The notes under the pieces: generated by a model | What the model saw: the letters and a program-made list of their open reading frames with translations, nothing else | Database searches by the model: none | Told to the model about the DNA's origin: nothing | Part shown: piece by piece, positions 18,847 through 29,644 of the stretch | How the letters are laid out: every line of letters starts with the position of its first letter | Numbering within the stretch: the first letter of the stretch is position 1 | Position numbers and translations under genes: made by a program | DNA from: an uncultured Gemmatimonadota bacterium | Lineage (GTDB): Bacteria > JAAXHH01 | Length of the DNA stretch: 64,000 bases | Assembly (NCBI GenBank): GCA_951812955.1 | Contig: OX638340.1 | Coordinates: 1,280,001-1,344,000 of the forward strand | Direction of reading: 5' to 3'

Positions 18847-20268
18847 ATGCCCGTATCCGAACTGTGTTTCACCCCGGCGACCGATCTCGTACGAATGATA
18901 CGTAAGAAGGACGTATCGGTAACCGAAGTCATGGAAGCCCATCTCGCGCAGGTCGACCGGGTGAACCCCGTCGTGAACGCCATCGTCACCTATCATCCGG
19001 AACAGGCGCTGGATGGCGCTCGGAAAGCCGACCAGGCCATTGCGCGCAACGAAGCTCAGGGCCCGCTATTCGGCCTGCCCATCGCCCACAAGGACCTGGT
19101 ATCAACCAAGGGAGTCCGGACGACTTTCGGTTCACCAATCTTCCAGGATTTCATTCCGGGACAAGACGAACTGATCGTGGAGCGTTTGAAAAAGGCCGGA
19201 GCGATTTCCTTCGGCAAGACCAACGTGCCGGAATTCGGCGCCGGTTCGCAGACTTTCAATCCAGTTTTCGGGGCGACCCTCAATCCATACGACACGTCCC
19301 GGACCTGCGGCGGAAGCAGCGGGGGCGCCGCGGTGGCGCTCGCCTGCGGCATGCTGCCCATTGCTGACGGGAGCGACATGGGCGGCTCGCTGCGCAACCC
19401 GGCCAGCTTCTGCAACGTGGTGGGGCTGCGGTCCGCGCCGGGCCGCGTGCCGCGGTGGCCGGCGATCAATGCCTGGGGTAAGCTCAGTGTCCAGGGACCT
19501 ATGGCTCGAACGGTCGAGGACGCCGCCCTCATGCTCAGCGCCATAGCGGGTCCCGATCCTCGCGCACCGCTTGCCATCCGCGAACCGGGCCGTGCATTCG
19601 CCCTGCCCCTGGAACGCGATTTCAAGGGGGCGACCGTCGCCTGGAGCATGGACTTCGGCGGGCTGCCCGTGGATCCCGAGGTCACCTCGGCCATCGAAGC
19701 GAAGCGCCAGATATTCGACGATCTCGGGATGACCGTCGAGCCTGGTCAGCCCGATTTCACCGAAGCCGACGAGGTATTCAAGACGCTGCGGGCGTGGAGC
19801 TTCATCCAGGGTTACGGCGATCTCCTCGAGACGCACCGCGACCAGATCAAGGACACCGTCATCTGGAATCTCGAGGCCGGCTTCGCCCTTTCAGGTCCGC
19901 AGATCGCCCGCGCGGAAGTGGACAGGACCACCCTGTACCACCGGGTCCGCAGGTTCATGGAGCGCCACGATTTCATGGTCTTCCCCGTCAGTCAGGTTCC
20001 TCCTTTCGACGTGAATACGCCCTATCCCACGGAAATAGACGGCGTGCGGATGGAAACCTACATTGACTGGATGAAGTCGTGCTACTACGTCACCGTCACG
20101 GGACTGCCCGCCATTTCCGTTCCCTGCGGATTCACTTCGTCGGGGCTCCCCGTGGGACTGCAGATCGTCGGCCGGCACGAGGACGAGTTCGGCGTCCTGC
20201 AACTCGCCCACGCCTTCGAACAGGCAACACAGACGTATAGAAAGCGCCCGTCGGTGGCCGAGGCATGA
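18847..20268 (+). CDS. Amidase (amidase-signature family).
   Basis: AS motif GGSSGGAAVALACGMLPIADGSDMGGSLRNPASFCNVVGLR, with Ser-cisSer-Lys context. Confidence 0.85.
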   Translation: MPVSELCFTPATDLVRMIRKKDVSVTEVMEAHLAQVDRVNPVVNAIVTYHPEQALDGARKADQAIARNEAQGPLFGLPIAHKDLVSTKGVRTTFGSPIFQDFIPGQDELIVERLKKAGAISFGKTNVPEFGAGSQTFNPVFGATLNPYDTSRTCGGSSGGAAVALACGMLPIADGSDMGGSLRNPASFCNVVGLRSAPGRVPRWPAINAWGKLSVQGPMARTVEDAALMLSAIAGPDPRAPLAIREPGRAFALPLERDFKGATVAWSMDFGGLPVDPEVTSAIEAKRQIFDDLGMTVEPGQPDFTEADEVFKTLRAWSFIQGYGDLLETHRDQIKDTVIWNLEAGFALSGPQIARAEVDRTTLYHRVRRFMERHDFMVFPVSQVPPFDVNTPYPTEIDGVRMETYIDWMKSCYYVTVTGLPAISVPCGFTSSGLPVGLQIVGRHEDEFGVLQLAHAFEQATQTYRKRPSVAEA

Positions 20269-20352
20269 GCGGGCTCGGCGCATTGCCCATACCGAACTGC
20301 AATGCCACGGACGGACCGATCTGAATCACCGCGTTCGGCCATCTCACGCTTT

Positions 20353-20397
20353 GCCATCATTCGTTCTGCCATTATTCATTCTGCCATTACTCGTCTT
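20353..20397. repeat. Three tandem 15-bp units (tgccatYaYtcRttc) in the intergenic region.
   Basis: Read directly. Confidence 0.5.
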
Positions 20398-20420
20398 GTC
20401 CCGTTCAGTCGGTTATCACC

Positions 20421-21779
20421 ATGTCCAATAAGGCGGAAGTCGTCATCTGCGGGGCGGGCATTGCAGGCGTGTCCGCTGCGTACCATCTCTCCCTGCGCCA
20501 TGGCGTGCGGGACATCGTACTCGTCGATGAAAGACCGCCTCTCTCCCTGACCAGCGCCTACGGGACCGAGGCCTACCGAAACTGGTGGCCCGATCTCCCC
20601 ATGTTCCGGTTTATGGACCGGAGCATCGGCCTGATGGAGGAGCTCGCCCGGGAGAGCAATAATGCGATCCGAATGAACCGTAGGGGATACGTTTTCCTCA
20701 CAGGTGACGAGAACCGCGTTCAGGAACTGACAGAAGAAGCGGACGCTGTGTCCAGCCTGGATGGAGGCGCCTTGCGTGTACACCGCGACGCCGGATCGTA
20801 TGTTCCGTCACGGCCGGAAGGCCTGGAACCGGATCTGACGGGCGCCGATCTGCTGCTGGATGAGGATGCGGTGAATACCCTGTTTCCATTTATCACGGAC
20901 GATGCAGTCGCCATGCTGCACGTTCGCCGCTGCGGATGGCTGGATGTACCGTCCCTCGGCCGGTGGATGCTGGACCGCATCGCATCCCGGGGCGGCAGGC
21001 TCGTTCAGGACAGGATTTCGCGGGTCGTGACAGTAAACAACCGGGTCAGGGGCGTGACGCTGGAATCAGGATCGGTCCTCGAAACAGGTAAATTCGTCCT
21101 CGCGGCCGGTCCACTGGTACCTGAAGCCGGCCGGATGCTGGGACTGGATATCCCGGTCTTCATGGAACTGCACGGCAAGGTCGTCGTGGAAGACCGGGCC
21201 GGCGTACTTCCGCCCGAGGCGCCCATGTTGATCTGGACGGACCCCATCGAGCTGGTCTGGGACAATGATGAGCGTGAGACACGCTCTGCGGATCCTGCCA
21301 CGCGCTACCTCACCGAACCCTTCCCCGGGGGGCTCCACATCCGTCCCCGGTTCAGGGACGGTAAACAGACCTTTCTGGGCATCTGGACTTACGATATCAA
21401 GCCGAGGAAGGCTGAATTCCCGCTCGAGTTCGACCCGGCCTACCCGGTGATCATCCTGCGCGGACTCGCCCGGATGATCCCGGGGATGCGCGCGTATTTC
21501 GAAACGGCCGACGCTATGCAGGTCGACGGCGGGTACTACTGCAAGACGGTGGACAACCGGCCGCTGATCGGACCACTGCCCGTCGAAGGCGCATATATCG
21601 CAGGCGCGCTTTCCGGCTACGGTGTGATGGGTTCCCAGGCCGCGGGAGAACTGATCGCCGCCCAGGTCACCGGCGCGGCACTGCCTGATTATGCGGAGGA
21701 CTTCTCCTTCGGTCGTTTTGACGGCCTGTCGTCCGACGACATGTTGAAAATGCGCGACGCGACCAGGGGGCAGCTGTAG
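20421..21779 (+). CDS. FAD-dependent oxidoreductase (DAO family).
   Basis: N-terminal dinucleotide-binding motif VVICGAGIAGVSAAYHL; 452 aa. Confidence 0.8.
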   Translation: MSNKAEVVICGAGIAGVSAAYHLSLRHGVRDIVLVDERPPLSLTSAYGTEAYRNWWPDLPMFRFMDRSIGLMEELARESNNAIRMNRRGYVFLTGDENRVQELTEEADAVSSLDGGALRVHRDAGSYVPSRPEGLEPDLTGADLLLDEDAVNTLFPFITDDAVAMLHVRRCGWLDVPSLGRWMLDRIASRGGRLVQDRISRVVTVNNRVRGVTLESGSVLETGKFVLAAGPLVPEAGRMLGLDIPVFMELHGKVVVEDRAGVLPPEAPMLIWTDPIELVWDNDERETRSADPATRYLTEPFPGGLHIRPRFRDGKQTFLGIWTYDIKPRKAEFPLEFDPAYPVIILRGLARMIPGMRAYFETADAMQVDGGYYCKTVDNRPLIGPLPVEGAYIAGALSGYGVMGSQAAGELIAAQVTGAALPDYAEDFSFGRFDGLSSDDMLKMRDATRGQL

Positions 21780-21985
21780 GTATGGATGTATGGATGTGTG
21801 CTGTCCCATGGCGGACCCGGCCGGACTGCCTGTGGTGTTAAATCACCAGAGAACATGTTGTGCGGCGCTCAAACGACATTTTGTATTGGTCCCCCGTCCC
21901 GCTCATGGTATAATCAGTCAGCACTTTCCCCAGGCAAAACCCGATACCTCGACAATCGGAAATACCAGTCTGAACCGGAGCTTAC

Positions 21986-23104
21986 ATGCCTGCACCTGAC
22001 TACGACCTGCTCATACGCGCCGGCCGCGTGTTCTGCGCGGAAACCGGTCTCGACGGACCGGGCGCCGTGGCTGTGAAAGACGGGCGCATAGCGGCATCCG
22101 GCCCCGGGGTCGAGGGTACCGCCGCCATGGTTTACGACTTCCCCGACGCCCTGGCGTTGCCCGGACTCGTGGACCTGCACGCCCATCCCGCGCGGGGCGG
22201 TTCGCGTTACGGCGTGGATCCCGATGTCCATTTTCTTTCCCGGGGTGTTACGACCGTCATGTCCCAGGGGGACGCGGGCGCCGGAAACTGGCCGGCGTAC
22301 CGGGAACGTGTGATCCGGGCCTGCAGGACGCGGGTACTGCTCGCCATCAATTTATCGATTCATGGTGAATCCCATCCGGACGGCTGCTTTCCCGACCTGG
22401 ACGCCGCGGACATGGACGCCTGCGTTTCCGCCATCGAATCGGGGGGCGGGGATATATGGGGTATCGCGGCGAACACGGGACCCAGCAATCCCACGCCGCC
22501 CAGGGAGATCATGAATCGGGCATTGGAAGCCTCCGAACGATCGGGTAAGCCCCTACTGGTCGGTACGCGCCTTTCCAGCGACTGGTCTCTCGACGACCAA
22601 TTGCCCCTGCTGCGCGCCGGGGACGTGGTGACTTACTGCTTCAACGATTTTCCGGAGAGCGTCGTTAAGGACGGCAGGATCCGGGCCAGCGTGCGCGACG
22701 CCCGCGAACGGGGCGTAATCTTCGATATCGGCCACGGCATGCGGTCATTCAGCTTCGCGGTCGCCGAGGCGGCCATCGCGGACGGATTCCTGCCGGATAC
22801 GATATCCACCGACCAGTACAGCCGTCACGTGGGGAGCAGCCCGCAGCACGACCTGCCCAGAACAATGTCCAAGCTGATCGCCGCGGGGATGTCGGAACGC
22901 GACGCGCTCCCACGTATGACGAGCCGTCCCGCGGAAGTGCTGGGATTGAAGGGCGAGGTCGGCACCCTGCGCGCCGGCGCCTGCGGCGACGTGGCGTTGC
23001 TGCGTTGGAACGAACATGCTCCTCCGCTGCGCGACGTGGACGGCCTAGAGCGGCCCGGCGGATGCTGGGAACCCGTGCTCGCCGCCCGGGCGGGCGTAGT
23101 CTGA
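21986..23104 (+). CDS. Amidohydrolase-family metallohydrolase.
   Basis: DLHAHP metal-binding motif near the N-terminus, later HG.. and D.. motifs. 372 aa TIM-barrel hydrolase fold. Confidence 0.7.
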   Translation: MPAPDYDLLIRAGRVFCAETGLDGPGAVAVKDGRIAASGPGVEGTAAMVYDFPDALALPGLVDLHAHPARGGSRYGVDPDVHFLSRGVTTVMSQGDAGAGNWPAYRERVIRACRTRVLLAINLSIHGESHPDGCFPDLDAADMDACVSAIESGGGDIWGIAANTGPSNPTPPREIMNRALEASERSGKPLLVGTRLSSDWSLDDQLPLLRAGDVVTYCFNDFPESVVKDGRIRASVRDARERGVIFDIGHGMRSFSFAVAEAAIADGFLPDTISTDQYSRHVGSSPQHDLPRTMSKLIAAGMSERDALPRMTSRPAEVLGLKGEVGTLRAGACGDVALLRWNEHAPPLRDVDGLERPGGCWEPVLAARAGVV

Positions 23105-23273
23105 CATTACGCACGCAATGTGCGACTGCGGCGCGAGCGGGTTTACCAACCACGCCGCCCGGGCGGGTATCATGTAGGCGGATCGGCCGGCTACCGGAAA
23201 GCAGATCACGCAGTTCAGATCCATGCTCAACCCAGGCTAATCCAACCGGCCACACCGATGAGGAGATTTCAAC

Positions 23274-24131
23274 ATGGTATATGGATCGGGAGACTTTACC
23301 TACGAGCTCGTCGAAGGCTGGGGAGGCGGAGCCGCAGGCCGGGACCTCGGGGTGGTATCCTCCATGGCCGTGGATTCGCAGGACCGCGTCCACGTCATCG
23401 ACCGGGAACCGGATCCGGCCGTCGTCGTTTACGACCGCGACGGGCGATTCCTGTACGACTGGGGGCAGGATATCTTCAAGGTGCCCCATTCCATCTGGAT
23501 CAGCGAGGACGACATCATCTACATGACTGACGTCGAGCTGCATACCGTCATGGCCTTCACCCTCGATGGGAAGATGCTCTCCATGCTCGGAACGCCTGAC
23601 AGGCCGGGTGAACTCGGCCAGCCGTTCAATGCGCCAACCTGGGCGGTGCTCGGTCTGGATGACGACCTTTACGTGACCGACGGCTACGGCCAGAGTTACG
23701 CGCACCGTTTTACGACGGCGGGAGAGCGGCTCTGTACATGGGGCGGCCACGGCAACGAGGCGGGACAGTTCGACACGCCCCACTGCGTCCGCGTCGACAA
23801 GGATGGCCGCGTCCTGATCGTGGACCGCGGCAACTCCCGGGTACAGGTATTCGACGCCAACGGCGGCTTCCTCGAATCGTGGGACCATTTGCTGGCCGCC
23901 AACGACCTGTATATCGACCCAGACAACGTGGTGTACCTTGCCGAGGCGCCCGGCAGGGTCAGCATACTCAACCTGGATGGCGAGGTACTGTCGCAGTGGG
24001 GCAACCGGGACGGGAAGTCCGGGCTGTTCGTGGACGCGCCCCACGGGATCTGGGTGGACTCCCATGGTGATATCTACGTGTGCGAAGTACCCTTCGCGCA
24101 TAACCGCATTCAGAAATTCCGGCGGGTGTAG
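23274..24131 (+). CDS. NHL-repeat beta-propeller protein (peptidylglycine alpha-amidating lyase-like).
   Basis: Repeated ..LY(V/M)TD.. and ..V.D..G.. blades (DIIYMTD, DLYVTDGYG, RVLIVDRGNSRVQVFD, DIYVCEV). Confidence 0.65.
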   Translation: MVYGSGDFTYELVEGWGGGAAGRDLGVVSSMAVDSQDRVHVIDREPDPAVVVYDRDGRFLYDWGQDIFKVPHSIWISEDDIIYMTDVELHTVMAFTLDGKMLSMLGTPDRPGELGQPFNAPTWAVLGLDDDLYVTDGYGQSYAHRFTTAGERLCTWGGHGNEAGQFDTPHCVRVDKDGRVLIVDRGNSRVQVFDANGGFLESWDHLLAANDLYIDPDNVVYLAEAPGRVSILNLDGEVLSQWGNRDGKSGLFVDAPHGIWVDSHGDIYVCEVPFAHNRIQKFRRV

Positions 24132-24248
24132 GATTCCACAGGCACCGACCTATGAATCTGCAGGCCGCCGACCCTTGATTCTGCAGGCCGCCGTCAGCGG
24201 GCGGGTCCACATGCGTCGCGGAGTGGCACAAGGAAAGGCTCATAGCAT

Positions 24249-24749
24249 TTGAACTGGCTCGTTCCACTTCTGTTGGGTCTCGTCGTCACCTGGGCGGCGG
24301 CCTGTGGGAACGGCGATGACAATCCCATCTCAAAAACACCTGCACCGGATCCTCCCGCCGACGTCAATAAGGCGGGAAACGTCGTCTTCAGTCCGGGTGG
24401 GGTCGAATCCGCCGCGCAGTGGGGTTCGGATGACTTTGAACTGGGGGCCGTTGCCGTTGCCGGCGATACGCTTACAGTTACCGTATCGTATAGCGGCGGA
24501 TGCAGAACGCACCGGTTCACGCTCGTTGCCGCCGACGGCTTCCTGGAATCGGATCCCGTACAGCTCGAAGTCGCCATTGCCCACGACGCCGACGGCGACC
24601 CGTGCGAGGCATACCCCACGGAAGACTGCCATTTCATCCTCGATCCGATCAAGGCGCGGTACAAGGCGTCCTACGGACCCGGGCCGGGCGCCGTCGTCCT
24701 CAGGCTCGATCGCGCCACGGGCGCACCGCTCATCTATGAGTTCGATTAA
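24249..24749 (+). CDS. Hypothetical secreted protein/lipoprotein.
   Basis: Signal peptide with a Cys-containing lipobox-like AAAC. No known domain. Confidence 0.45.
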   Translation: MNWLVPLLLGLVVTWAAACGNGDDNPISKTPAPDPPADVNKAGNVVFSPGGVESAAQWGSDDFELGAVAVAGDTLTVTVSYSGGCRTHRFTLVAADGFLESDPVQLEVAIAHDADGDPCEAYPTEDCHFILDPIKARYKASYGPGPGAVVLRLDRATGAPLIYEFD

Positions 24750-24756
24750 CCGAGCC

Positions 24757-24871
24757 CGGGTAGCGCGTTGCGGCGAGGCGTCGACAAACTCAGTCCGGGG
24801 TGGCGCGTTGCGATGAGGCGTCGAAAAACTCAGTACGGGGTGGCGCGGTGCGATGAGGCGTCGATTTCCGG
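24757..24871. repeat. ~3 tandem copies of a 40-bp unit (cggggtggcgcgttgcgatgaggcgtcgaaaaactcagt).
   Basis: Read directly in the intergenic region; units start near 24757, 24796 and 24836. Confidence 0.7.
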
Positions 24872-24892
24872 TAACCTGATGAGGAGCGTACG

Positions 24893-25990
24893 ATGGCATT
24901 CGAAATCCTGGAACAAGGCATGATCGCCCGGCAGCCGACCACCGGGCCGGACGCAGTCGCGGCATGCTCCCGCTGCGTGGTCACCGCGGAAAGCAACCTG
25001 GTCTGTTCTTTCGCCGTACAGGAAGCGCTCGGTCAGAATGACTTCAAGCAGGTCATCGTCCATTCAGACGACGGCGGCCGAACGTGGACTAAGCCCGCCT
25101 ATATGTGGCCCCATCTGCACGACGATTTCGCGCACATCGGTTCTATAAGCAAGGCGCCGGACGGAACCTGCTTCATCACGGGCATTCGCATCCCCATCGA
25201 CTCCCCCGGCGAATCGTTCTGGCTCGACGAAACCCAGGGCATCAAGCAGAACGCCATGTTCTGGGCGTCCTCGGCGGACCAGGGACTAACCTGGACCGAC
25301 CCGGTTCCCATCGACCTGCCCGCCGCCGGTTCGGCCGAAGCGCCCGGCGCGCTCACCGTGACCCGCGACGGATCGTGGATCTGCTGCTATTCGCCTTACA
25401 ACACCTTTGATCCCGACGTGGAAGTGGACCGTAACCGGGTGGTTTACCTGCGTAGCGAGGACCGGGGCGCTACCTGGCAACATGGATCGATGCTGCGTTT
25501 CGACGACGCCGGATCTACTGCCGCCGAGGCTTGGGTTGTGGAACTGGCCGATGGCCGGCTCCTCGGCGCGTGCTGGCAAATCGCGCCGCACGGCAAGCCG
25601 GACTATCCCAACGCGTACGCCCTGTCCCATAACGGCGGCCTGTCGTGGACGCCCACCCGCTCCACGGGCACAATGGGCCAGTCCATATCCCTGACCGCCC
25701 TGGCGGACGGAAGTGCGCTGATGGCATACAACCAGCGCCAGCACGGAGAACCGGGAATCCGCCTCGCCGTCGCCCGGCCCGCGGACGATGACTTCGGTAT
25801 CGAAGCGGATGAGCTCGTCTGGAAGGCTGAGGTGCGGACGCAAAGTGACTCCTCCGGCGAACATGACGAGTGGCAGGACTATTCCTTCGGCGAACCCGCG
25901 GTGACCGTCCTTCCGGACGGCGCGTTTCTGGTCGTCTTCTGGCTCATCCAACCCGATGTCCGGGGCATCGGCTACGTCAAGGTAAAGTAG
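24893..25990 (+). CDS. BNR/Asp-box repeat glycoside hydrolase, exo-alpha-sialidase-like.
   Basis: Four Asp-box repeats S-x-D-x-G-x-T-W (SDDGGRTW, SADQGLTW, SEDRGATW, SHNGGLSW). Confidence 0.75.
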   Translation: MAFEILEQGMIARQPTTGPDAVAACSRCVVTAESNLVCSFAVQEALGQNDFKQVIVHSDDGGRTWTKPAYMWPHLHDDFAHIGSISKAPDGTCFITGIRIPIDSPGESFWLDETQGIKQNAMFWASSADQGLTWTDPVPIDLPAAGSAEAPGALTVTRDGSWICCYSPYNTFDPDVEVDRNRVVYLRSEDRGATWQHGSMLRFDDAGSTAAEAWVVELADGRLLGACWQIAPHGKPDYPNAYALSHNGGLSWTPTRSTGTMGQSISLTALADGSALMAYNQRQHGEPGIRLAVARPADDDFGIEADELVWKAEVRTQSDSSGEHDEWQDYSFGEPAVTVLPDGAFLVVFWLIQPDVRGIGYVKVK

Positions 25991-25994
25991 CGCC

Positions 25995-26525
25995 GTGTCC
26001 AGCACCCGGATCATACTGGGCTCCCTGATCGCGGCGTCGGTACGCCACGGCATTTTCACGATCGCCTTGCCCTGGCTTATCCTGTACCAGGCCGCCGGCA
26101 TGGAGGAGATGGGATTCGATTCCGGTTATCCGGCTGCGGGATCGGTGTTCATCCTCCTGGGCGCGGCACTCTATATCCGCGCCTTCGCCGAACGTCTTCG
26201 CATGACCGCCATGGTGGCCGCGTCCAGCGAAACCTTCGAGGATAGTGGCGCGAAGGATCCTCGCCCGGTCTGGTCCGAAGGGATCCACGGATGGTCTCGC
26301 AATCCCCTGCAACTCGGCGTCGTCGTCATCCTGTTCGGAGAGTCCCTCGCCTTCGAATCGCTCTTGTTGCTAGTCTACGCGGCGCTGTATTGGACCTGGA
26401 CGACCCTGTACCTGATCATCGCCGAAGAGCCAGTCCTTAGACGCACACTGGGTGACGAATATACCGCATACTGCCGCCATGTCCCGCGCTGGTTTCTACC
26501 ATTTCGATTCCGCAAGCCGGCCTGA
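25995..26525 (+). CDS. Isoprenylcysteine carboxyl methyltransferase-like membrane methyltransferase.
   Basis: Multi-TM with RNPLQ motif and a C-terminal EEPVLRRTLGDEY region typical of ICMT/PEMT-like proteins. Confidence 0.55.
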   Translation: MSSTRIILGSLIAASVRHGIFTIALPWLILYQAAGMEEMGFDSGYPAAGSVFILLGAALYIRAFAERLRMTAMVAASSETFEDSGAKDPRPVWSEGIHGWSRNPLQLGVVVILFGESLAFESLLLLVYAALYWTWTTLYLIIAEEPVLRRTLGDEYTAYCRHVPRWFLPFRFRKPA

Positions 26526-26597
26526 TTCTCCACGCTGAGAGATTTCCTCCAATCGACACGATTCTCGTCGGCCTTCCATATTACACCATACAATTCA

Positions 26598-26627
26598 TGC
26601 CATTTTGGCAGTTCTGCCATTATGGCA
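26598..26627 (+). promoter_or_regulatory. Two direct copies of the palindrome TGCCA-N3-TGGCA, ~200 bp upstream of clpB; possible operator for a dimeric regulator.
   Basis: tgccattttggca (26598-26610) and tgccattatggca (26615-26627), read directly. Does not match CIRCE, HAIR or CtsR consensus. Confidence 0.25.
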
Positions 26628-26827
26628 TATCTGGTTATTTTCATTCCGGTCTAGCAAACGGAAACTGCCTTCCGGTTATGTCGAAACCCCCGGAAACGCG
26701 GGGATAACACTCCATGGCACACGTTTTGCAATCTATAGGGTGTGTAATGCGTGGGGATAGGGACTGGAGCTGGGACTGAGCGCATACACATACAGATAAA
26801 TTGAAAACGAGCGAGGAGGCAAAGGGC

Positions 26828-29425
26828 ATGAGAACAGACAAACTGACCCAGAGATCGATGGAAGCGCTTCAGATCTCCCAGGAGATCGCACGAGGTCGAA
26901 ACCACAACCGATTGGAGCCCGTCCACCTGGCGCTGGCACTGCTTGATCAAGACGAAAGCCTGGCGGCCACGTTGCTGAAGAAGTCGGGAACGGATCCGGC
27001 TCGAGTCCGGGAGGGACTGGAAGCCGTCCTGGCCAAACTTCCCCGGGTGACCGGGGACGGCGCGTCACTATACGCATCCGACGCTTTCCAGCGTGTACTG
27101 GACGAAGCGCTGAAGGAGGCGCAGGGACTGAAAGACGAATACATCAGCGTGGAGCACCTGCTCCTCGCGCTGTTGAAGGACGGCGGGGAGACCGGCCGCG
27201 CCATGAAGGATGCGGACGCTCACCGCGACGGCATATTGAAAGCCATGCAAGCGGTCCGTGGAAACCAGCGCGTCACCAGCCAGACGCCGGAATCCGGCTA
27301 CCAGGTCCTGGAAAAGTTCAGCATGGACCTGACCGAACAGGCCCGGGAAGGCCGGCTCGACCCGGTCATCGGACGCGACGAGGAGATCCGGAGGGTGATC
27401 AAGGTGCTGTCCCGGCGGACCAAGAACAATCCTGTGCTCATCGGCGAGCCCGGCGTGGGAAAGACGGCCATCGTGGAGGGACTGGCCCAGAAGGTCGTGG
27501 CCGAGGACGTGCCGGAATCCCTAAAGGGACGCAAGGTGATCAGTCTCGATATGGGCGCCATGCTGGCCGGGGCCAAGTTCCGCGGCGAATTCGAGGAACG
27601 ATTCAAGGCCGTGCTGAAGGAGGTGGAGGAGGCCGCGGGCGACATCGTCCTGTTTATCGATGAACTGCACACCATCGTCGGCGCGGGGGCCGCGGAAGGC
27701 GCCGTGGACGCCTCCAACATGCTCAAGCCGGCGCTGGCGCGGGGGACGCTGCGCTGCGTGGGCGCTACGACCCTGGACGAATACCGCAAACATATCGAGA
27801 AAGACGCCGCGCTCGAAAGGCGGTTCGCACCGGTATTCGTCGGTGAACCTTCCGTTGAAGACACCGTGTCCATACTGCGCGGACTCAAGGAGCGCTACGA
27901 GATCCATCACGGGGTGCGCATCCGGGACAGCGCGCTGGTCACGGCGGCGACCCTGGCGGAGCGTTACATCAGCGACAGGTTCATGCCCGACAAGGCCATC
28001 GACCTGATCGACGAGGCCGCGGCGAACCTGCGCATGGAAATCGACAGCATGCCGGCCGAACTGGACGACCTCGAGAAGCAGATCCGACAGCTTGAAATCG
28101 AGCGTGAAGCCGTAAAACACGAAAACGACGCGGAAGAGCGGCTCAAGCCATTGGTTAGCCGGCTGGCCGACCTGGAAGAACAGCGTAACGCCCTGCGGGC
28201 GCACTGGCTCGCCGAGAAAGAGATGGTAAAAACAATCCAGGAGATCAAGGAAAAGACCGAGCAGCTCAAAATCGAGGCCGACCGGGCCCAGCGAGCCGGA
28301 GACTACGAACGGGCGGCCCGTATACAGTACGGTGAGCAACGGGAGCTTGACAGCCGGCTCGAAGAGAAAAACCTGGCGCTTACCGAGTTACAGCAGGAAC
28401 GCCGGATGCTCAAGGAGGAAGTGGACGAGGAGGACATCGCCCAGGTCGTTTCCAAGTGGACCGGGATTCCGGTCAACCGCCTGGTCGAAGGCGAGGTCGA
28501 GAAGCTGGTCCGGATGGAGTCTCGGCTACACAGGCAGGTGGTAGGCCAGGATGAGGCCATCGCCGCCGTTTCCAACGCCGTCAGACGAAGCCGGGCCGGT
28601 CTGGGTGATGGCGACAGGCCCATCGGGTCCTTCCTGTTCCTCGGACCCACCGGCGTGGGCAAGACCGAACTGGCCCGGGCCCTGGGAGAGTTTCTATTCG
28701 ACGACAGGAACGCGATGGTGCGCGTCGACATGTCCGAGTACATGGAGCGCCATTCCGTCGCCCGGCTCGTCGGCGCCCCACCCGGTTACGTGGGTTACGA
28801 GGAAGGCGGCCAGCTGACCGAAGCGGTGCGTCGCAGGCCTTACCAGATCGTGCTGCTTGACGAGATCGAGAAGGCACATCCCGACGTGTTCAACATGCTG
28901 CTGCAGGTCCTCGACGACGGAAGGCTCACGGACGGCCAGGGACGCACGGTGGATTTCAGGAACACCGTGATCATCATGACTTCCAACATCGGGACGGAGT
29001 TCATCGGCGGTCACGATGCGTCCCGAGACCAACAGGTGCGGACGGACGTGATGAATGCGGTGCGTTCCCATTTCTGCCCCGAATTCATCAATCGACTGGA
29101 GGAGATCATCATCTTCCACCCCCTGGACCGGGATCACATCCGGGAGATTGTCCGCATTCAGATTCGCGAACTGCAGGAACGCCTGTCGAAACAGGCCGGA
29201 TTGACGCTGGAACTGGCGCCCGAGGCCGAATCGCTGCTAGCCGATGAGGGGTACGAGCCCCAGTACGGCGCGCGGCCCCTCAAGCGGGTTATACGCAAGT
29301 TCGTTGAGAACCCGCTGTCCATGGCACTGCTCGAAGGCAGGTTCCGTGAAGGGGATGCGATCCGGGCCATCCGCGAGGGCGACCGCCTGGACTTTGTCCG
29401 CCAGGATGCTTCGGCAGCCGCATAA
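26828..29425 (+). CDS. clpB: ATP-dependent chaperone ClpB.
   Basis: Clp N-domain, two AAA+ modules ([16 protein letters not shown]), a long middle coiled-coil, and a C-terminal ClpB_D2-small domain. GAGGAGG SD 10 nt upstream of the ATG at 26828. Confidence 0.9.
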   Translation: MRTDKLTQRSMEALQISQEIARGRNHNRLEPVHLALALLDQDESLAATLLKKSGTDPARVREGLEAVLAKLPRVTGDGASLYASDAFQRVLDEALKEAQGLKDEYISVEHLLLALLKDGGETGRAMKDADAHRDGILKAMQAVRGNQRVTSQTPESGYQVLEKFSMDLTEQAREGRLDPVIGRDEEIRRVIKVLSRRTKNNPVLIGEPGVGKTAIVEGLAQKVVAEDVPESLKGRKVISLDMGAMLAGAKFRGEFEERFKAVLKEVEEAAGDIVLFIDELHTIVGAGAAEGAVDASNMLKPALARGTLRCVGATTLDEYRKHIEKDAALERRFAPVFVGEPSVEDTVSILRGLKERYEIHHGVRIRDSALVTAATLAERYISDRFMPDKAIDLIDEAAANLRMEIDSMPAELDDLEKQIRQLEIEREAVKHENDAEERLKPLVSRLADLEEQRNALRAHWLAEKEMVKTIQEIKEKTEQLKIEADRAQRAGDYERAARIQYGEQRELDSRLEEKNLALTELQQERRMLKEEVDEEDIAQVVSKWTGIPVNRLVEGEVEKLVRMESRLHRQVVGQDEAIAAVSNAVRRSRAGLGDGDRPIGSFLFLGPTGVGKTELARALGEFLFDDRNAMVRVDMSEYMERHSVARLVGAPPGYVGYEEGGQLTEAVRRRPYQIVLLDEIEKAHPDVFNMLLQVLDDGRLTDGQGRTVDFRNTVIIMTSNIGTEFIGGHDASRDQQVRTDVMNAVRSHFCPEFINRLEEIIIFHPLDRDHIREIVRIQIRELQERLSKQAGLTLELAPEAESLLADEGYEPQYGARPLKRVIRKFVENPLSMALLEGRFREGDAIRAIREGDRLDFVRQDASAAA

Positions 29426-29448
29426 ATCGGGCTCAGGGGTTCGTTGCC

Positions 29449-29517
29449 GGCCGCCTCATAGTGTGGTCACCTGGGATCGTATTCGGCCGCCTCGCAGTGG
29501 ACACCGGGCATCGTACC
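29449..29517. repeat. Two tandem ~35-bp units (ggccgcctcRYagtgg...atcgtaYc).
   Basis: Read directly in the intergenic region. Confidence 0.55.
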
Positions 29518-29644
29518 TGGTAGCAGGTACAATTGAATTGACTGCGGATTGGCGAATGTTCATCTTAATCTGACGGAAATTGCATACCGTAACAGGTCTA
29601 ACGGGCGATCGACAACCTCCACGGTTCAAAGGCTGCCGCATAAT

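Noticed and set aside
22749-24101. 450-aa minus-strand ORF antisense to the amidohydrolase and NHL genes.
   Set aside because: Same reasoning: no motifs, Arg/Pro-rich, overlaps confident genes.
26598-26627. Possible sigma-54 promoter (TGGCAG...TGCCA) upstream of clpB.
   Set aside because: Spacing between GG and GC elements does not fit GG-N10-GC. The sequence is better described as two TGCCA-N3-TGGCA palindromes.
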